Source: an uncultured Aquiluna sp. (GTDB lineage Bacteria; Actinomycetota; Actinomycetes; Actinomycetales; Microbacteriaceae). From it: a stretch of 64,000 nt of DNA. The position numbers were made by a program, and so were the translations under genes. Shown piece by piece: positions 59,826 through 64,000 of the stretch (position 1 is the first letter of the stretch; the number at the start of each line of letters is the position of its first letter). Where the stretch lies: assembly GCA_913775595.1 (NCBI GenBank), contig CAJYLB010000001.1:372001-436000 (forward strand), given 5' to 3'. Under the pieces are notes generated by a model. The model was not told the DNA's origin, made no database searches, and saw only the letters and a list, made by a program, of their open reading frames with translations.

Positions 59826-61892
59826 TTGCTTCAGTGGAACGAAATTGACGAACTTGCAGTCAAGACCGCAAAGGTTTTAGCGGCCGATGCCGTTGAGAAA
59901 GTTGGTAACGGTCACCCTGGCACTGCCATTAGCTTGGCCCCAGCTGCCTACCTGCTTTTTCAGAAGGTAATGAGACATGATCCAGCTGATGATCGCTGGA
60001 TCGGCCGCGATCGCTTCATTCTCTCTGCAGGACACTCATCGCTAACGCTCTACAACCAGCTCTTTCTGGGAGGTTTTGGTCTGGAAAAGAGCGACATTGA
60101 GTCGCTGAGGACATGGGGTTCGAAGACTCCTGGTCACCCCGAGTACGGACACACCAAGGGTGTCGAGATCACAACTGGCCCACTCGGTCAGGGACTTGCC
60201 TCGGCTACGGGCTTTGCGATGTCGACAAGATTCGAACGTGAGCTGTTCGACCCGAGCTCGAAGCCCGGAGAGTCGGTCTTCGATCATTTTGTTTACGTAA
60301 TCGCCGGCGACGGCGACATGATGGAGGGTGTCAGCGGTGAGGCTGGCTCGCTTGCTGGTCACCTTGGACTAGGCAACCTAATTGCCATCTACGACGCAAA
60401 CCAGATTTCCATTGAGGACGACACCAACATCTCCTTCACCGAAGACGTTGCGGCTCGTTATCGCTCCTACGGCTGGGAGACCATGGAGGTCAGCTTCCGC
60501 GGGAATGAGTACAAAGAAGACGTCCAAGCCCTTTACGAGGCAATTCAGGCAGCAAAAAAGAACACCGAGCAGCCAACACTTATTACCCTCCGCACGATAA
60601 TCGGGTGGCCATCCCCCAGTAAGCAGAACACCGGAAAAATCCACGGTTCGAAACTCGGTGAGGACGAGGTCAAGGGACTAAAAGAGGCTCTTGGTTTCGA
60701 CCCAGAAAAGTCTTTTGAGGTGAGCGACGAGGTTCTCGCTCACACCCGCCAGCTGGCAGACCGAGCAAAGCAGGAACGTGATGCGTGGGATCAAAAGTTT
60801 GCGGCATGGCAGAGCTCCAATCCTCAGCAGGCAGCACTACTGGAGAGGCTCTCGAGCGGCGAACTGCCCCAGGACATTGCCCAGGCGCTTCCAGTATTCG
60901 AGGCTGGCACAGAGTTGGCAACTCGCGCGGCATCCGGGAAAGTTTTAAACGCGCTTGCCGCCAAGCTTCCAGAGCTTTGGGGTGGGTCCGCTGACCTGGC
61001 GGAGTCCAATAACACCACCATCGAGGGGGCTGGCTCCTTTGTTCCGGCCAAGTGGGATACGGCTCACTGGGAGCCCAAGAAAGCTGGTCGAATCCTCCAC
61101 TTTGGCGTCAGAGAGCACGCCATGGGATCGATTCTGAACGGCATCACCCTCTCTGGCCACACCAGGCCATTTGGTGGCACCTTCTTGGTCTTTTCCGACT
61201 ACATGCGCCCCGCTGTGAGACTGGCTGCCCTGATGGGGATTGCGCCAATCTATGTTTGGACACACGACAGTGTTGCCCTTGGCGAGGATGGCCCAACTCA
61301 CCAGCCAATTGAGCACCTGAGCGCACTTAGGGCAATACCAAACCTCAACATCATTCGTCCTGCGGATGCCAACGAGACTGCACATGCCTGGCTTGCTGCT
61401 CTGCGCAATAACGAAAGACCATCTGGCCTTGTGTTAACCAGACAGAACGTTCCCGTCTTGGATCGTGAATCTGGTCAGGGATCTGCAGAGCTCACAAGCA
61501 AGGGCGGTTACATCTACCAGGAGAGCTCTCAAGATCCAGAGCTGATCCTGATTGCTACTGGCAGCGAGGTGCAGTTTGCAGTCGAGGCGAGGAAGCAGCT
61601 CGAGGCAGAAGGCATCCCAACTCGAGTGGTTTCAATGCCTTGCGTTGAATGGTTCAAGGCACAGCCCGAGAGCTACCGCGATGAGGTGCTTCCAGGTTCG
61701 GTTCGTGCGAGGGTCTCGGTTGAGGCAGGCCTCACCTCCGGCTGGAGAGAGTTCGTTGGCGACTCGGGAGTCTCTGTAGGCATTGATCATTTCGGCGCAT
61801 CCGCCGATTACAAGACTCTGTATCGAGAGTTTGGAATTACCACCGAGGCAGTCGTCGCGGCCGCAAAGAAAACCCTGGAGAAGAGCGTATGA
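59826..61892 (+). CDS. tkt: Transketolase
   Basis: [32 protein letters not shown]. Confidence 0.98.
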   Translation: MLQWNEIDELAVKTAKVLAADAVEKVGNGHPGTAISLAPAAYLLFQKVMRHDPADDRWIGRDRFILSAGHSSLTLYNQLFLGGFGLEKSDIESLRTWGSKTPGHPEYGHTKGVEITTGPLGQGLASATGFAMSTRFERELFDPSSKPGESVFDHFVYVIAGDGDMMEGVSGEAGSLAGHLGLGNLIAIYDANQISIEDDTNISFTEDVAARYRSYGWETMEVSFRGNEYKEDVQALYEAIQAAKKNTEQPTLITLRTIIGWPSPSKQNTGKIHGSKLGEDEVKGLKEALGFDPEKSFEVSDEVLAHTRQLADRAKQERDAWDQKFAAWQSSNPQQAALLERLSSGELPQDIAQALPVFEAGTELATRAASGKVLNALAAKLPELWGGSADLAESNNTTIEGAGSFVPAKWDTAHWEPKKAGRILHFGVREHAMGSILNGITLSGHTRPFGGTFLVFSDYMRPAVRLAALMGIAPIYVWTHDSVALGEDGPTHQPIEHLSALRAIPNLNIIRPADANETAHAWLAALRNNERPSGLVLTRQNVPVLDRESGQGSAELTSKGGYIYQESSQDPELILIATGSEVQFAVEARKQLEAEGIPTRVVSMPCVEWFKAQPESYRDEVLPGSVRARVSVEAGLTSGWREFVGDSGVSVGIDHFGASADYKTLYREFGITTEAVVAAAKKTLEKSV

Positions 61893-62980
61893 ACGAAAGA
61901 CTAAAAGACCTCACAGCTGCAGGGGTTTCGATCTGGCTAGATGATCTCTCGCGAGAGCGGATTGAGTCGGGAAACCTGCAGGACCTTATCGAAAACTATT
62001 CGGTACGTGGTGTCACGACTAATCCGACGATTTTTGCCCAGGCGCTTTCATCGGACAGCTACTCGCCCGCCATCGCAGCCGAAAAGGCCGCTGGCAGTGA
62101 CGCATCAAAGACAATCTTCAATCTCACGACTGAGGATGTGGCAAATGCTTGCAGCATCTTTGAGGGTGTTTACTCAGCAACCGCTGGCGTCGATGGCAGG
62201 GTCTCTATCGAGGTCGAGCCAGGCCTAGCTCACGATGCACAAGCAACCATCGCTCAGGCAAAAGAGCTCTATGCAAAGGTCAATAGGGAAAACGTAATGA
62301 TTAAGATTCCCGCGACTATTGCGGGTCTTGAGGCAATCACCGAGGTCACGGCAGCGGGCATCTCAGTGAATGTGACCCTTATCTTCTCCGTGGAGCGCTA
62401 TGAGACGGTCATCGACGCCTACATGAGCGGACTCGAGAGAGCTATCGGGGCAGGCGTTGACGTGTCAAAGATTCACTCTGTTGCCTCGTTCTTTGTCTCT
62501 CGCGTCGACACGGAAGTCGACAAGCGACTAGAAGGCTTGGGAAGAGCTGACTTGAAATCAAAGGCAGCGCTTGCAAACGCTCGTCTGGCCTACGACCTCT
62601 ACCAGGCTCAATTTGCTTCTGAGCGCTGGCAGGCGCTCTCGCAGCAGGGGGCCAGAATCCAGCGACCTCTCATGGCTTCGACCGGGGTGAAAGACCCAAA
62701 CCTGCCTGACACGCTTTATGTAACTGAACTGGTCGCTGCGGATGTAGTCAACACAATGCCAGAGAAGACAATGATGGCGACAGCAGACCACGGAGAAATC
62801 CCTGGCAACTCCATCGTCCCAAACATTGCGGATGCCAAGCAGGTTATGCAGGATCTCGCGGATGCTGGAATCGATTTTGCCGATGTAACAGAGAGCCTCG
62901 AGAGCGAAGGCGTCCAGAAGTTCATTGACTCTTGGGATGATCTAGTTGCGACTGTGACCTCAGCTTTGGACAACGCATGA
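61889..62980 (+). CDS. tal: Transaldolase
   Basis: [38 protein letters not shown]. Confidence 0.97.
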   Translation: MNERLKDLTAAGVSIWLDDLSRERIESGNLQDLIENYSVRGVTTNPTIFAQALSSDSYSPAIAAEKAAGSDASKTIFNLTTEDVANACSIFEGVYSATAGVDGRVSIEVEPGLAHDAQATIAQAKELYAKVNRENVMIKIPATIAGLEAITEVTAAGISVNVTLIFSVERYETVIDAYMSGLERAIGAGVDVSKIHSVASFFVSRVDTEVDKRLEGLGRADLKSKAALANARLAYDLYQAQFASERWQALSQQGARIQRPLMASTGVKDPNLPDTLYVTELVAADVVNTMPEKTMMATADHGEIPGNSIVPNIADAKQVMQDLADAGIDFADVTESLESEGVQKFIDSWDDLVATVTSALDNA

Positions 62981-64000
62981 TCCAGGTCGGCATCTCGGAA
63001 GACTTCCGGCCACTGGTTGAGCCTGCAGTCCGTCGTTTGATCGAAGATCAGATCAGTTCGCGACTTGCAGAAAAGGATGACACCATCTGGGGTCCCTTAG
63101 CTCAAGAAGAAGCGAGTAAGCGACTTGGGTGGGTCAGTTCAGCATCCGACTCTGCCGGTCTTCTAGGAGAGATATTTGCGCTTCGCGACTCGCTCAGGGA
63201 AACAGGTATCGATCGGGTAGTCCTCTGCGGCATGGGAGGCTCCTCCCTTGCTCCCGAGGTCATCTGCAAGAACTCCGGAGTTGACTTGGTTGTGCTGGAC
63301 GCAACTTCACCCGACCAAGTAGCTGCGGCACTTACAGATCTCGAGAGAACTGTTGCGGTGGTGTCCTCAAAGTCTGGCTCGACGGTTGAGACAGATAGCC
63401 AGAAGAGAGCCTTCGAGAGCGCCTTTAGCGCAGCTGGCATTGATGCTAGAGAACGAATTGTCATTGTGACTGACCCGGGGTCACCTCTGGAGGTCGCGTC
63501 CCGCGAAGCCGGCTATCGAGTCTTCAACGCTGACCCAACTGTCGGAGGGCGTTATTCGGCTCTTACAGCTTTTGGCCTAGTTCCGGCCGGACTTGCTGGC
63601 GCTGACATCTCACAGCTTCTCTCTAGTGCTGCATCTGCCGCCACCTCACTGCACTACGACTCCGAGGACAACCCCGCGATATGGCTAGCAGCGGCAATGG
63701 CAGGCGATAGCGCCAGTTGGGACAAGTTCCTGATCGAAAGTGACGCTTACCCAGGGTTTGGTGACTGGGTAGAGCAGTTGGTTGCGGAGAGTACAGGCAA
63801 GGAAGGACGCGGTGTACTTCCCGTGGTCGTCACGAGTTCCGCTCCAGAACTAGCTTCCACACCAGCGGACACTGTAACCATTCGAGCCAAGAACCCAAGC
63901 GCGCACTGCAGTTTTGAGGGCGACCTCGGTGAACTCTTCCTGCTCTGGGAGTGGGCAACCGCTCTCGCCGGATACCTTTTGGAGATTAACCCGTTTGACC
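62977..64000 (+). CDS. pgi: Glucose-6-phosphate isomerase, 3'-truncated by window edge
   Basis: Translated by hand: RLGW, GMGGSSL, SSKSG.T.ET, GGRYSAL, AESTGK, NPFD; follows tkt-tal. Confidence 0.92.
   Translation, partial: MIQVGISEDFRPLVEPAVRRLIEDQISSRLAEKDDTIWGPLAQEEASKRLGWVSSASDSAGLLGEIFALRDSLRETGIDRVVLCGMGGSSLAPEVICKNSGVDLVVLDATSPDQVAAALTDLERTVAVVSSKSGSTVETDSQKRAFESAFSAAGIDARERIVIVTDPGSPLEVASREAGYRVFNADPTVGGRYSALTAFGLVPAGLAGADISQLLSSAASAATSLHYDSEDNPAIWLAAAMAGDSASWDKFLIESDAYPGFGDWVEQLVAESTGKEGRGVLPVVVTSSAPELASTPADTVTIRAKNPSAHCSFEGDLGELFLLWEWATALAGYLLEINPFD

Noticed and set aside
1..64000. CRISPR arrays, IS elements, prophage genes, rRNA
   Set aside because: No regularly spaced repeats, transposase or phage motifs, or unexplained non-coding stretch longer than about 150 nt

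Overview
Gene-dense core-chromosome segment from an actinobacterium, most likely a streamlined Microbacteriaceae of the Luna/Aquiluna type (inferred from gene order and protein style, not from a search). In order it holds the end of the dcw cluster (murC-ftsQ-ftsZ-yggS-sepF-yggT-divIVA-lspA-rluD), dnaE, hisD-nrdR-pyrD, the cytochrome bcc-aa3 genes (ctaCDF and ctaE-qcrCAB) split by tmRNA and a GNAT gene, and trpD. Next come a dif-like chromosome-terminus site, rbpA, the trmI-FKBP-pafBC-tatAC-helY-lnt-ppm1 locus without any Pup-proteasome genes, tRNA-Leu(GAG), glgA/glgC, fabG/fabI, SURF1, bioY, the suf operon, ctaA-photolyase-ctaB and tkt-tal-pgi. I saw no mobile elements, prophage, CRISPR or defence island, and no clearly novel multi-gene system. 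The most notable signals are non-coding or architectural: the dif site, a PafBC-type promoter on the replicative dnaE, a recurring GGAAY-N17-GTT ECF promoter on Fe-S and oxidase-assembly genes, pervasive leaderless starts, overlapping convergent stop codons, an SD-sequestering hairpin before rbpA, and a photolyase coupled to heme A synthase.
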